64,000 nucleotides of DNA from Thalia democratica (taxonomy: Eukaryota). Positions 1 to 12,876 of this stretch are shown here, piece by piece. The DNA lies in the NCBI GenBank assembly GCA_965202585.1, contig OZ241829.1, forward strand, positions 77,872,001 through 77,936,000, given 5' to 3'. Position numbers and translations under genes: made by a program. Position 1 is the stretch's first letter; each line of letters opens with the position of its first letter. The notes beneath the pieces were generated by a model. The model worked only from the letters and a program-made list of their open reading frames with translations, did not search any database and was not told the origin of the DNA.

Positions 1-1895
1 AGTACAAGTTATATTTAGCTTCTAAATGACTTACTCTCTATCTTCTCTTTATGAATTATTTGACTAAAATTTGGTTAACAATTGTTGTGGTTTAACCTTG
101 TTGTGTTTTAACTAAAAAGTTTAAATCGCTCTCGGAATAGTTTAAAACTTTCATAAAAACAATTTAAAAATATAACTCTTGATTTAAGAGTGTACTAAAG
201 GAAATATGCATAATAAATAATACTGAATGAAAGTATAAATTAAACTATTTATTTAACTAGTTAGTAAATATTAGTTACTCCTAGTTCAAAAGCTTTAAAA
301 ACTAAAATTTAATAGCTGTTAAAACCAATTAATCCATTTCGAAATTGTAAACGAACTTATATCAGTAATAGCACATAGTGTATTAAACCAAAAAGAACTT
401 TATTGAAAAACATCAATCATTAAATTTTAAAATTAGGTATCTTTAAATTATTGCTATGTTTCATTATTAAAAATATTCTAGTTAATTTTCAGTAAAAGCA
501 AATAACTTGAACAAAGTTTAACTAAAAACTAGTCAATTATCAGGTAATTTTAAATTGTTGTAAATGTTAGATATAAGTTTAGCTACTTAGGTATGAACCC
601 AATTAATTAACTTCATATTTGGGGAAGAAAAAAAGACTTTATATATTGCTAAACAATTTTTCATTAGCTTATTTTTTTAAAATAAACTATTTTAGTTATA
701 TTATACTTCATTTGTTAATCTGTTTTATATTATCAATTTTTAATCGGTATACTATAAATTTCTAAAACAGTATAAACTTGAGACAGTCCAAAACTTTATA
801 TTAACCTACAATGTATTGATATAAATTACTAAAGTTGAACTTTCTTCTTTCGATTTTCTAAACAAATAAAACATTTATTTTCTAGTACAGCCACCCTTTT
901 AAGATAATATTTAGAGTTTAAAAAAATAAAATAGCAGCTTATTTTTATCATAAGTAAACCAACAAGCTTAATTAAAGAAATGTGTTTTTTAATTGATTAT
1001 TGTAATATTTTTGAATGCGTGTTAAAGTAATTGTAAATAAGTTGTAAGCCTAAAATCATTGCTGTATTGTTAAAAACAGTGACTTTATTTTCAATTTATC
1101 ACTTTTAACTAAAAAAAAAAACTTATTTCAATTTGTGTAAATGATTTAGATATTTGATGATAAAATTAAACCTTTTTTTGTTTAAAATAGTTAAAACTTA
1201 AAAGACTTCTATATTAAAAGATTTTATGATAGTAAACTAACTTTGTAATAACTGTATAGCAACGTCTGTCATCCTTAGTCATTTTAACTACTGTAAACTT
1301 AATTGAATGATTTCATTTACTCAAAAGAAATACTTTAAAGTATAAAACCTAAAAAATACATGATTATTGATTTTTAATGAAATCAAATAAATAATTATTT
1401 GTTTTTATAAGTTTTACTCCTTTAATTACTTAAATCCTTTCATACATACTAACTATTATTTTTTAATATATAATACTGATAATAGTCTTTAAATTTTAAA
1501 TTTTAAGGTTAAAAGTTAGGACTAAACTTAACTTACTGTTTAGTCAACTAAACAATTTAACTTGTTTTTATAGTGAATGTTATGTATTTAAAGTTTTTTC
1601 TGCTTCGTTAATAAGTAATTCAAGTAAACAGTACTTTTTTTTTGAAGTCTTCAAAATTTCTATGAATTTCTAAAATTTTTAAAGGTAATTTTTTAAGTTC
1701 AAACAAAAAGTTTGTTAATACTAATATACTAACTCACAAGTTTAATCAAATATAATAAAATATATAACTTTCCCTAACTATATTTTTAATTTTAGGCTTG
1801 CGTATTACTTAATAATTACTTATTTGAAAAATAAGATAGACATATTTTTTTACTGAAATTTATTTAAAATTTATCATATTTTGTTTAAGCCTCTG

Positions 1896-1902
1896 TTTTT
1901 AG
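1896..1902 (+). promoter_or_regulatory. 3' splice (or trans-splice) acceptor upstream of K1
   Basis: T-rich tract plus TTTTTAG|AC, conserved at the same position before most paralogs. Confidence 0.65.
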
Positions 1903-1923
1903 ACTTACTTTTTCTATTGCAAA

Positions 1924-2895
1924 ATGTCTATGATGTGTAAAATTAATAAGTCAATTCCTTTTCAAGTACCAGCAGTTTTGTACGAAAACAGATATTGTAA
2001 CCAAGAAGGCTTCAGTATATTGATTTGTGGCGGAAAAGACAAAAACGGAAATATGACAAACGAAGTTTTAGAACTGAAAACACCTAGCTTTAAAGTGAAC
2101 AAGTTTCCGTCAATGGTAAAAATGCATTTCTGCTTAGATTTAGTTGCTATTAAATCTGATATACTTGCTATTGGTGATAGAATAAATTTTGATGAAAGTT
2201 CAAATAACTTAGTTGTGTCAACTGAAATTTATTCTGAAAAAACTAAAACTTGGACTCATCAATACATGCAAATGAAAGAACGGTCTTGTTGTTTTATTAT
2301 TTTATTCATGAATAAATTATATTTAATTAGAAGGTGGATTATAAAAAGGGATAAAAGTCTTAGTATGTGTTATACCCTTGATATCAATAGTTATACATGG
2401 AATGAAATAGCGTATTTAAATGTAGCGAGAGATTGTGCTGCTTGTACAGTTTTTGAAGGTAAAATTGTTGTTACTGGAGGTTATAACAATGATCATGGTG
2501 AGTTGAAATCAGTAGAAGCATATGATCATCATGAAAATAAATGGACTTATTTACCTTTAATGATTGAAGAAAGACGCAATCATGCTGCAGTTAGTAGGGG
2601 TAATAAAATGTTTGTTATTGGTGGATATTATAATTCAAATTGTGAAGCATTTGACAGTTATTCGAGAAAATTTACAAAAATTAATTCGGAAATAAAAGTT
2701 TCTAGTATAAAAGGTTGGTATTTTCAAGCATTTAGTATTGGCAGAAACATTGTGGTATTTCAAGATTTTTCAGAATTCCTCACAGAAACAGTTGTTTATT
2801 CATACGATGTTGATAAAGCAAAATGGTCAAATATTCAGTGTGATTTTACTAAAAACCTGTTTCATTCAAATTTTTTGAAGTACTTCTACTATTAG
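1924..2895 (+). CDS. K1: stand-alone six-bladed Kelch beta-propeller protein, 323 aa, intact, no BTB/BACK
   Basis: Uninterrupted ORF with six Kelch blades (FSILICGG, SDILAIG, KLYLIRR, KIVVTGG...SVEAYD...KWTYL, KMFVIGG...CEAFD, NIVVFQ...YD...W) and a C-terminal closing strand (FLKYFY). AAAATG start; acceptor TTTTTAG|AC 21 nt upstream. Confidence 0.9.
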   Translation: MSMMCKINKSIPFQVPAVLYENRYCNQEGFSILICGGKDKNGNMTNEVLELKTPSFKVNKFPSMVKMHFCLDLVAIKSDILAIGDRINFDESSNNLVVSTEIYSEKTKTWTHQYMQMKERSCCFIILFMNKLYLIRRWIIKRDKSLSMCYTLDINSYTWNEIAYLNVARDCAACTVFEGKIVVTGGYNNDHGELKSVEAYDHHENKWTYLPLMIEERRNHAAVSRGNKMFVIGGYYNSNCEAFDSYSRKFTKINSEIKVSSIKGWYFQAFSIGRNIVVFQDFSEFLTETVVYSYDVDKAKWSNIQCDFTKNLFHSNFLKYFYY

Positions 2896-3378
2896 AATCT
2901 ATTTTTACAAGTGTAAAAAATTACGAAGAAAAAATTTGAAGATGGTTTCATTTTGTTTGAGTTCTACTTTGATAGTTATATTTACATTTTAGTTTTAGAT
3001 CACTTTTTAGTTTTTGTGTTAATGATTACAACAAGATAATTTTTGATTGTAATAAAGTTCTAGTTTGTGTTATAATAAAGCATATATACTTAATAGATTA
3101 TTACTAGATCTTAATTGTGTTTGGTGTGTATTGTTGTATTGTTTATGGTGATGTAAACAAATAAAAAAATATGTATAAATATTCAAATATTTTTTATTAC
3201 ATGTTAAAATGTTTTTGTAGAGCATAAGCCAAATTAAGTTTGATTTTGAGGCAAAAAAAAATTGCCTATTATATAAAATTTGTTAAAAAAAGTTTAGTAG
3301 TTAAACTTAAAAAAAATTATTCTGAAGGGAATTTTATTGAGAAAGCTTAAACATAAATACAAAGTGTTTATTTTTATA

Positions 3379-3700
3379 ATGATATGAAAAAAACAAATCA
3401 ATTACTTTTCAAGTACCAACAGTTTTATATAAAAACAGATATTGTGGACAAAAAAGCTTAAGTATTTTAATTTGCGTAATAAAAAACGTTAATTGAATAG
3501 TGTTAAATTTGTGTAGGGAACTAAATAAGTTGATAATTTAAAAACGAAGTTTTAGAATTTGAAATTATTAGCTTCAAACTTAAAAGCTTTATACAAACGG
3601 TAAAACCCCATTACAATTTCTACTTAGCTACCATCAAGTCTGATATACTTGCTATTGGTGATAGAGTAGAATTAAATGAGAGTTGAGATGACATAAAACT
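3379..3700 (+). pseudogene. K1b: degenerate 5' fragment of a Kelch paralog
   Basis: TTTTCAAGTACCAACAGTTTTATATAAAAACAGATATTG and TCTGATATACTTGCTATTGGTGATAGA match the K1 5' region. Multiple indels and stops; truncated. Confidence 0.8.
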
Positions 3701-4229
3701 TAGGATTTTATTATATAAATGAAAAGCTTTATATTGAAATTATTTAAACTAAATTTCAGATTTTAGTTAAAGGGTTCATATTTGTTCATCTCTATTAGTT
3801 GTGTACAATTTATCATTTTTAATGACCCATTTGAGTCTTAAAATTATTGAAAGTTACCACTAATTTATTAGAAGTGGTTTTAGTAAGGTGAGGGGGCGTT
3901 TTTATTTCTTTAGCTTTGAATTAGCTAGTTACGGGGCGATGTTTAATAAACGAGGACATTTTTTTATATGCCAAATTGCGTTAAAAAATAGTTTGCAAAA
4001 CCTAAATAAATTAGTAAAAATAATATATAATAACGTATAAAACCGTAAATTTTTAACATTTACTCACAAAAGCTTAAACAAGCTTTACAAACTTATTATA
4101 AAAACTGGAAAATGAAAGATTAAAAGAATAAAGTTTAACAGAATTTGCCTGTAAGCCAGAACTAGAAGTTGACATCATTATTATATAATTTCAATTAATT
4201 ATAAAAAAAAACATTTTCAAGTTTTTAGA

Positions 4230-5136
4230 CAAAACTTACTATGTTTGCTCTAAAAAAAAAAGTATTTTGATCTTTGGAGAAATAGAAAAAAACGGAACAA
4301 TTACGAACGAAGTCTTATAATTAGAAACTTCTAGTTTTAAAGTGAACAAATTCCCTTCAATGGTAAAACCTCATTTTCGATTCTCTTCAGCTACCATCAA
4401 ATTTAATATTCTAGCTGTTGGTTATAGTAAAGAACTAAATGAGTTTTTAGATGATTCATTTTTATATCTTGAACTTTATTCAGATAAAACTAAATCATGG
4501 ACTCATCAATATCTTCAAATGAATTAAAGGTCTTGTCATTGTTTTAATCCATTCATGGGTAAATTGTATTTAATTGGAGGATTTATTAAAAGAAGTGAAA
4601 AGTATCTTAGTTCGTGTTATACCTATGTTATCAATAGTAATATATGGAATGATATAGCAGTTTTAACCGAAGCAAGATATTGTGCTGCTTGTACACTTTT
4701 TGAAGGTAAAAATGTTACTGGAGGTTATAATAATGATCATAGAGAATTGAAATCAGTAGAAGGATATGATTATTATGAAAAAAAATGGACTTATTTACCT
4801 AATATGATTGAAGAAAGAAGTAATCATGCTGCAGTTAGTATGGGTAATAAAATGTTTGTCATTGGTGGAGAGGAAACAACAAATTGTGAAGTATTTGACA
4901 ATTGTTCGAGAAAGTTCACAAAATTTTTTTCAGAAATTAAAGTTCCTTTTCTACCATTGTGCATTTTTTATGCATTTGACATCGGAAATAATATTGTGGT
5001 GTTCCAAAATTTTAAAGGAAGCTTTGAAGAAACATATATCTACTTATACGACGTTGTAAAAGAAAAATGGTTAAATGTTCAGTGTGATTTTTTTTAAAAT
5101 ATGTTTGATTCAATTTTTGTTAAGTATTACAACTAG
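4230..5136 (+). pseudogene. K2: Kelch paralog pseudogene
   Basis: Acceptor TTTTTAGAC is kept but the start region is deleted. In-frame TAA at 4525, small deletion in KIVVTGG (KNVTGG), frameshift in the poly-T near 5095. ORFs 4342-4527 and 4555-5097 are Kelch-like. Confidence 0.88.
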
Positions 5137-5329
5137 TTATTACAAACCATAGGAAGAGCTGTATATCAATAACAGTAAAAGTTTAGTAAGTTTACTACAT
5201 TTTGTTTGAGTTATACTTTAAAACTACCTTTTTTCATATCTAGTTGAAAAGTTTTTGTTTTTTTAGCTTCACTCAACTTATGTTCATTAAAAAAAGTTGG
5301 AAAAATAAGTATTACATTGTTTAAACAGG

Positions 5330-7130
5330 ATAGTAATAAACAAAACAATTTATAAACAACAACAAAATGATAAGTATTTATATAACTTACTTTGTAAACA
5401 ACTTTTATTAGATTAATCATTTTTTAACTTATTTTAAAATTTTTATAACTTAGTTGTATTCAATATAACCAAGTTTAGTTTGATTCAAAGGGTACGGTAT
5501 ATGTAAAATTTTAAACCTTGCCGTAGTTGAACTCTAAAATGTTAATTTGAGTTATTTATTATAAACTAACTTATATTTTTTTTTCAACAAACAGCTTATA
5601 AAGAATATATTATGACATATATTTAATAAATAAGTTATGATACAGATTTGTGAAGTATATTAAAATTTCTTAATAGTAATTTGTAAGTGGTTTTCTTAAT
5701 TATAATATACAGTGTTTGTATTAAGTACACGCACATATTAGAAAAAATTAGAAATATATTTATCTGAAATTTAAATTAACTTAACTTTATTAAATACATA
5801 ACTGTTCACTTATTGCATTCATTGTGTAGATTAATCGGTAAAAGAAAAGGAAGGCTGTAAACCGAATTAAATGTAAAACTATCAATTTAAATAAAAAATA
5901 TTTTTCGTTTACAGTATTGAAAATTCACAAATAACTCACAAAAAAATAAATCTTACAAAATTGAAAATTTCAGTTTACTACAGTAAAAAAATAATTATTT
6001 TTTTTATAAAAATTTTTAAAACTTTAGGGGTTAAGATAGAAAAGGTAAAACGAAAGAGAAAAAAATCTTTGTTAAGCGTATTTGTTGAAAAATATAATAC
6101 ACAACTAAAAAAAATACATCCAGATTGAACTGTCATGCAAAAATAAAGTTAAAAAAAAATAAAATTGTACAGCATATATACTTTTCACACACAAAAAGAA
6201 TTTCAATTAAGAATAAAATATATGTTTTAGTACTTCTAGTTATCTATGTACAATGCATGTTACCTATGATGACATATCATAGAGGTGTTGAAAGTTGCAT
6301 AAGTTTTTAAACAAAAAAAAAAGGTTTGTGCAAGTTTTGATTCGTCATTAATTGCTATTAATATACTAACTAAACTGTCGTTGCTTATGAAGAAGTTATT
6401 CAGAAATTACAAGTGGTCAGAATTTTACCAAAATCAGTTTGCTAAGTTTTTTGAAATATATTTTATAGTCATGGTTAACGTAATGTTTAAATGTAATTAA
6501 AATGCTGTTTTAGCATATAAGATAAGAACATAATTATTATTTTTGATTTACAACTTTATATCTACTAAGTTTAAAGAACAAATTAATAGTAGTTTTTTGG
6601 TGTGCTTAAAGTTAAGTAGAGGTATGCATTTTATAAGCTGTAAAGATATGTGTTTTCAGATGTAAAAAAAAATTGTTGAATAAGTTTGTCTGTAAATTAA
6701 TTCAGTAACACATGAAGTAAGTATTTCTTTTAATATGTTAAAATTACCAATACATCGGGACATAACAAAGGTTTAAAATGTACACACTCGCGTAAGGTAC
6801 GCATGCAAAAAGATAACAAATGTGATCATAAGCTGTTTGTAAAAAATACAAATAAAGTTAAAGAGCTTAAAACTAGTTTTTTATAAATTATGCACAAAAA
6901 ATACAGATTTATAAAAGTTGAGCAACTCTTTAATAAAGTAAAAAACAGTATTATGATAAAAAAAAGTTAATTTCATTTGTATTTGATGTGAAAAATATAA
7001 AATTTGCTCAAATCTGAAAGATATCTTTTTATTGCTTCAAGGTTCGTACCTATTCTATTTTCCTACTTAATATTTGTAGGATTTTCATTTAAAAAATGTA
7101 TAATGTATATAAAATCAGTATTATGGATTA
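5330..7130. repeat. Element X copy 1 (unclassified ~1.8-kb dispersed repeat)
   Basis: Shares motifs ATCGTTGCTTATGAAGAA, GGTATGCATTTTATAAGCTGTAAAGA..GTGTTTTCAGATGTAAAA, TGTGATCATAA, GAGCAACTCTT and GCTTCAAGGTTCGTACC with copies at 40270, 45570 and 59360. Confidence 0.85.
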
Positions 7131-8543
7131 GCAAATGTTATTCTGATTTAATAAATGTTAAAATAATAGTAAAAATATTCAATAGATAATATTTTACGTC
7201 AATGTTTAAAAGTAGGTTTATCTTTTACATATTACCAGGTAGTCAATTTTAATATTCAAGTGTTGATATAACTTATAGTTTTGTTCAAGTCCTTATAATA
7301 ATATTTGAATTAATATTTTAAAGAAAATTTTATAATACAAAGTTGTTGTATTCTACCAATTTTTTGTTAGTATCTCTGAAAACAAATGCTATTTTCTTTT
7401 TTTTTCTCTATTGTTTGTATAGATACTTTAAAGTTTATGCTTAATGTTTATAGTTTAAGTTAAAAAAAGTTTGCTTCATCTTTAAAGTTTAAATTATTAA
7501 AGTTTTGCGTCAAAAAAAAGTTTATATTTCAGATTATTTGACAGAAAACTTAAAAAAAAAACGTTCTTTTTGACAGTTACAACACTAATTTATATAACAA
7601 ATAGGCTTAATTTGCATTAATTTTTTTATACACATTCATAATGAGCAAATTAAAATTATATATAACTATTTACTTAGTTAAATAGCTAGAATTTATGGTT
7701 CATGTCGTCATATATATAAATGTACAGTTATTAAATTTTCGAACACTTTTTAAAATATTGTTTTTTTAAATGAATGAACTGAAAATGATTTCATTAACTT
7801 GACATAAAGACTTTTTTCTGAAAATTGATGTTCAACTTTTATTTATTACAAGATTTTGATTTCTTTTAGTGTGATGTTCGAGTGAAGAACATCCTTAAAT
7901 TTAAGAGTAGTATTTTCAAGAAGTTATTTTGGATGGGCCATTGCATTGAAAAATAAAAATGTTTAGAGAAGCGTTAAAAAGAAAACTGCTTGAAAAATCC
8001 TAGACTTTTTAAGATCAGTTTTTTGTTTAGTTGTCTCAATACTTGTAATGTTTATGTAGTTGGTATTCCTTAAAGCACAAAGTATCGTGTAAATAATTTT
8101 AAAAGTTTAAATAGTACTTGTGTTGTTTGAACTTTTAAATTTTTTGTTAAAGCATTCCATTCATTTTTTTTGTTCATATCATAATAAGCTGAAAGCTGTT
8201 TTGAATTTATCAGTTAAGTTTTACTTATCTGTTAATCTAGCATTGTAAAATTTTTTATTCAATTTTTGAAGTATTATTTTGTATCCAAAATAAATTGACA
8301 GCCCTGTTTCTAAAGTGTATAAACCAGAGGTTAACTGAGAACTAAAAGTAATTTAAAAAAGTTAAAAAGAGCTACAGATAAATTATTTGTGATATTTATT
8401 AAACGAAATAGAACACCATAAAAACAAAATTAAACCTAGTATCACGATAAACATAATAATCTAAAAAACACACAAAACAATATTTTACATATATGATAAA
8501 ATAAACACATGTCTAATACAAAAATAATTAAAATCTTTTAAAG

Positions 8544-10028
8544 TCAAAGTAGATTTTTTGCAGAAATCGCATCATTTTCATTTTTATCGATAAACATCTT
8601 TAAGCTTTCTATAGTATCATCGACTAAATTAATGACATTTGGGTCAATTAACCGAAGTTCATTCAGTGTGTCAAAGATATTTTTTGAAGTTTCATTTAAC
8701 AAATTCAATTTTTTATCAATATCTTTTTTGATAACTTTTAGCTTTTCTTTTTTAATGTTCTCACAAGCTAATGTATCATTCAACTTAATAAATAAAGACT
8801 CAAATTGCTCTGCAATTGTACATATACTAGCATAAAGGTTGCCGATCAAGTTAAAAGTTTCAAAATTCAAAGGAATTTCAAATTTTAGCTCCGAATCGAC
8901 AAGATCACTATCAATCAGCTCTAGCTTTGTTTGCACCCATATGTCTTTTTCAATCATACACATCACTTTAATTAACTCATTGCTGCTAGACTCAATGTTC
9001 CGCAGCCTTTTGTCAACTGCGTTAAACATATCTTTGAACGTTCTACCTGATTTGTTGCTGTTTTGTGTCTTTTTAAATAGATCATACTCTCTTTTTACTA
9101 GAGGTTTAAGAATTTTAATGGAGCTTAAATATTCTGAACAAGCTCTTCTAACATCAATGTTTTTGCTGCTCGCATATTCAACGGGCTTACATTTATTCTT
9201 ATCATCCCTACCTATATTTTTTGTCACTACGTTTACATTCTCTATCATAATTGATACATCTGACTTTTCTATTGTGTTTGCTTCAAGCGTTGGCTTAATA
9301 TCTTTCTCTACAAGTGACACATTTTCTTTATGTCTTTCAAGAACTTTTTCTTCAGTTTTACTTGCACATCTATGACTGGTTGAATGTTTGTTCACATCAA
9401 TAGTCATTTCAGAAACTAACTCCAATGTATTACTTTTGTTTGTGTTTTCTTCAGGTGTTGAGATATTATCTAGCTTTTTAGATGGCGTTGACTCATCATT
9501 TTTTTCAAAACGTGTTATTTCAGTCTTACTACCGCATTTATGGCTGGTTACAAGTTGTTTTCCACCACTAGGCATATCAGGAACTAACTCCAAGTTATCA
9601 GTTTTGTTGTCAAAGCTTACTTTTGCACCACCAAAGTTCTTGTCAAAAGTTTGTTTTGCTTTAACTTTTGTTGAAGCTAACTCGACACCTACTACCTCTA
9701 ATTTGTCACTTTTACTATTGTTTGCTGCATTTTTAACAACCATTTTTGTTCGTAGATGCTTTTTGTTTATTAGTTTATTATTTGAAGGTTCTGAAACAAA
9801 TGGAGTAGTTCTTTTGTCATTTACACTGCTGAACGAACAATAAAGATTGGTTTTAGAAGTCTTTTTGCTTTTTACATCACAACTAACATTTTCTTTATTA
9901 CCCGGACAAACTTGCTTGTATTTCTTAGTAGAAAAATAATGTGAAGCACCAACTACTACAGACAGACCAGTAAAACCAAGAAACATTTTACTCATACTAA
10001 CATCAATTTTCAATGAAACTTTTATCAT
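8544..10028 (-). CDS. Orphan ~494-aa protein: N-terminal hydrophobic anchor, K/S/T/N/E-rich linker with a 56-aa duplication, C-terminal helical/coiled-coil region
   Basis: 1.58-kb stop-free ORF in DNA where chance ORFs are under 100 aa. Acceptor TTTTTACATAG|GATCTGTAAAAATG lies 11 nt before Met32 (10028), so the ORF-track start at 10121 is probably too early. No family recognised. Confidence 0.75.
   Translation of the reverse strand: MIKVSLKIDVSMSKMFLGFTGLSVVVGASHYFSTKKYKQVCPGNKENVSCDVKSKKTSKTNLYCSFSSVNDKRTTPFVSEPSNNKLINKKHLRTKMVVKNAANNSKSDKLEVVGVELASTKVKAKQTFDKNFGGAKVSFDNKTDNLELVPDMPSGGKQLVTSHKCGSKTEITRFEKNDESTPSKKLDNISTPEENTNKSNTLELVSEMTIDVNKHSTSHRCASKTEEKVLERHKENVSLVEKDIKPTLEANTIEKSDVSIMIENVNVVTKNIGRDDKNKCKPVEYASSKNIDVRRACSEYLSSIKILKPLVKREYDLFKKTQNSNKSGRTFKDMFNAVDKRLRNIESSSNELIKVMCMIEKDIWVQTKLELIDSDLVDSELKFEIPLNFETFNLIGNLYASICTIAEQFESLFIKLNDTLACENIKKEKLKVIKKDIDKKLNLLNETSKNIFDTLNELRLIDPNVINLVDDTIESLKMFIDKNENDAISAKNLL
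9273..9608 (-). repeat. Internal 2 x 56-codon tandem duplication in the orphan ORF
   Basis: NKTDNLELVPDM...TSHKCGSKTE...EENT (aa 172-227) vs NKSNTLELVSEM...TSHRCASKTE...EANT (aa 228-283). Confidence 0.8.
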
Positions 10029-11399
10029 TTTTACAGATCCTATGTAAAAAATACTTAAGTTTATGTTCAAACTAACAGTCAAGATTTCTATTATTATAAA
10101 TAATAAAACACAATTAAGCATTTTGATAGTACAAACCTTCTTTTTAAAATCTTAGCTTAAACTCAAAATATAAAATAGCATAAAAACTATATTAAAAAAA
10201 TCTTATTAAATTTAAATTACTTTGAGAAAATTAAAATTTCACATAACGGTTAATCAGAACACTATAACTCTTTAAAAGTATTGTATAAAAAACAAATTTT
10301 AAATCTAATCATTTCACATAGAAACGTTTTTATTTACTTGTTGTTTTTTGTTGAAATCAAAATCAAAACTAACAAAACTTTTTAGTTCAATACTTCAAAA
10401 TTTTATAAAAATTTAAAAAGTAGTCTGTTTATAATGTACTAGTTGTAATTTTTTTAAACATTAATTAGTAAATTCAAGGCATAGTGTTGAAAATAACACA
10501 ATATCAAATAATCAGTAATCATAAAAAATATTTTGATATGATTACATATCACAACATTTATTTCAGTAAAACTTAAAAGTATCATATGAAGAAAACCAAA
10601 ATAATAAGTTGTGCAAAATAGCTAGATACAAAATTTAAATATTTTTAGCTCACCAATGCTTGATAAATATATGCAATTACAAACCAAAAGTGTTAGTATA
10701 ATATTTGTTTAAGCAAACTGCTGTAATTAAATGTTAATAACATTATTTTTATAGTTTTCAAAATTAACACCAAACAGTAATAAAATTTTGAGCCAAGCAT
10801 AAACTTTAAGCTTTAAATTTTCAATAATGGTATATTAAAAATTAAGCACTAGTGACTTAACCAATATTTTTTTAATATATTTTAAGTAAGATATTTTCTT
10901 TGTTAGCTCAAATTGATTACTAGTTACCAATAGAAAATTTTTACAACTTACAAAATCTGTTCTACATATCCCTGTAGAAAAAGCTGTACACTGTTGATAA
11001 AAAACTTATTAGTTGTACTTATTAGATAATTAGTTGTGTACGGGTCAAATAATTGATAATATAAAACAGATTAACAACAGAAGTATAATAAAGCTTTAAA
11101 AGTTTATTTTTGAAAAAATGTATGTTTACAAAAAATCATTTAGCAATTTTTTTTTATTTGATTCTTCTCTAAACAAGAAGTTAATTAATTGGTTTTATAT
11201 ATAAATACTTCATTAATTATATCTAATAACTTTAAAACTTGAAGATTACTTGACTATTGACTATTTTAGATTAAAGTTTTAAAGGATTGTCACTATTTCA
11301 TTCTAATAATTTATAAAATTATTTGACTACAACTTAAATAAGTTGATATCTTGACGAAAATATATTTTGGTTTAACGAGCGTTAACTTAGCTCGATTAG

Positions 11400-11630
11400 C
11401 ATTTTTTAATCTAACTGTTAGTTCGTTTTTTAGGGATTTAATGTTCAAATAATGATAACTTTTGATACCGTTTTCGTCCTTATTAGGACTTATCAGTCAG
11501 TAACAACCGAAACTTGTGGTCTGATGATCGATTTGGCGTGATCAAACCGTGATAACTTAAGCTTGTCTCACGGCAAACGTAAGTCCAAGCTTCTGCTCTA
11601 CAGACGCCGATGTTTTTGTTGACCAAATTT
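11400..11630. mobile_element. GC-richer island carrying the hammerhead; probable Penelope-like pseudo-LTR or retrozyme remnant (paralog 41860-42070)
   Basis: Minimal hammerheads with short stem I and a near-palindromic stem III are an established hallmark of Penelope-like elements. No RT or GIY-YIG frame could be read nearby. Confidence 0.45.
11463..11499 (-). ncRNA. Minimal type I hammerhead ribozyme motif, copy 1 (core G8 changed to A, probably inactive)
   Basis: Minus strand TGA-CTGATAA-GTCCT-AATA-AGGAC-GAAA-ACGG-TA-TCA; paralog of the canonical copy at 41909-41945. Confidence 0.65.
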
Positions 11631-11809
11631 ATTTATAATTGAGTAGATCATTTTACACATATACTTAACATGTAAACCAACTAAATCTATTTCTTTAACT
11701 ATTAATTCATACTTTACATTAAACACCAATAAAAAGTTTTCGTTTCATTAAAAACTATTAATTTTTATACGAAAGCAAAAAGATGATTGGTTCAATTAAT
11801 GTTTAATAC

Positions 11810-12170
11810 GGAAACGGGTCACTTTTGCACGAGCGTCACTTTTGCACGAAGTCACTTTTGCACAAGGGGACACTTTTGCACGAGGGTCACTTTTGCACGA
11901 AGGGTCACTTTTGCACGAGGAACACTTTTGCACGGCGACTCTTGTCACTTTAGCACGAGGGGACACTTTTGTACGACGTCACTTTTGCACGCAGGGTCAC
12001 TTTTGCACGAGGGGACACTTTTGCACGGCGACTCTTTTGCACGACTGTCACTTTTGCACGAGGGGATACTTTTGCACGGCGACACTTTTGCACGGAGGGT
12101 CACTTTTGCACGGCGACTCTTTTGCACGGAGGGTCACTTTTGCACGAGGTGACACTTTTGCACGGCGACA
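11810..12170 (+). repeat. Left arm: about 20 units of (GT/A)CACTTTTGCACG plus a 2-5 nt spacer
   Basis: Read directly; units about 16-19 bp. Confidence 0.95.
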
Positions 12171-12876
12171 TTTTTTTTTTAATTATTTTTTTTTTCTTTT
12201 AAACTTAAATAATATTCGCTTTTAAACGCAAGTTGTTTTGAATAAATAAAATGTGGTAGTTTTTTAATGAAATATTAATTTAAAGTTTTTATTTGAATTT
12301 TTACGTAGAACAATGTAACAACGTACCACAATTCATTAATTTATATTTATTAGCTTAATTTAAATAAACTAGTTGAATACATATTTTTAATTTTGAATAA
12401 AAACAACTTTGAATACATTAAATCAAAATAATCTGAATTTTGTTACTTTTTAAACAGAAAAATAAACTTAATTTTGTAATGCTTTAAAACACGAATATTG
12501 TGTATTATTTTTATGATAACCTATAAATCTTATATCAAATTATGTTTTTATTTTGTTTTAATAAATAAACTATATGTGTTATTATATTTTTTCTTTATGT
12601 GTCTTCCAGTTTAAGTGGTCTAGGTTTTGATGCCTAGGTTTATCATATGAACGATAAACTTGTAAAATATATAAAAAGGCCTCGTTGTTGATTAATACAT
12701 TAAAACTCAAAATAAACAAGAACAACTTACTTACACTTACACTTACATATTTTTTATCCTAGTTTCTAATTAAAATAATTTTATTGTCCCTGGTATGAAT
12801 CTTTTATAAATAATTTTATGTTATCTTTTCGTTAGTTTGTTTCTAACATTAACATTTAATGTTTAAGGTTTTAGAT

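Larger units (their letters stand above)
1..2895 (+). repeat. Segmental duplication alpha, copy 1 (paralog 51081-53854)
   Basis: Position 1 AGTACAAGTTATATTTAGCTTCTAAAT matches 51081 AGTACAAGTTATAATTAGCTTCTAAAT. Colinear similarity continues through about 1.9 kb of upstream DNA and the K1/K8 CDS. Confidence 0.92.

Noticed and set aside
8632-9843. Three long plus-strand ORFs antisense to the orphan gene
   Set aside because: All are in the codon-aligned shadow frame of the real ORF; their F/L/S-rich composition mirrors K/E/N codons.
11810-12170. CRISPR-like repeat/spacer appearance
   Set aside because: Spacers are only 2-5 nt and recur; the context is eukaryotic, with no cas genes, and the arrays are TIR arms bounded by a TSD.
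11787-12225. Overlapping ORFs HFCTRG / VTFARR / LLHGD on both strands (also 16057-16577)
   Set aside because: Translations of a stop-free tandem repeat forming transposon arms; open in several frames, with no unique coding signal.
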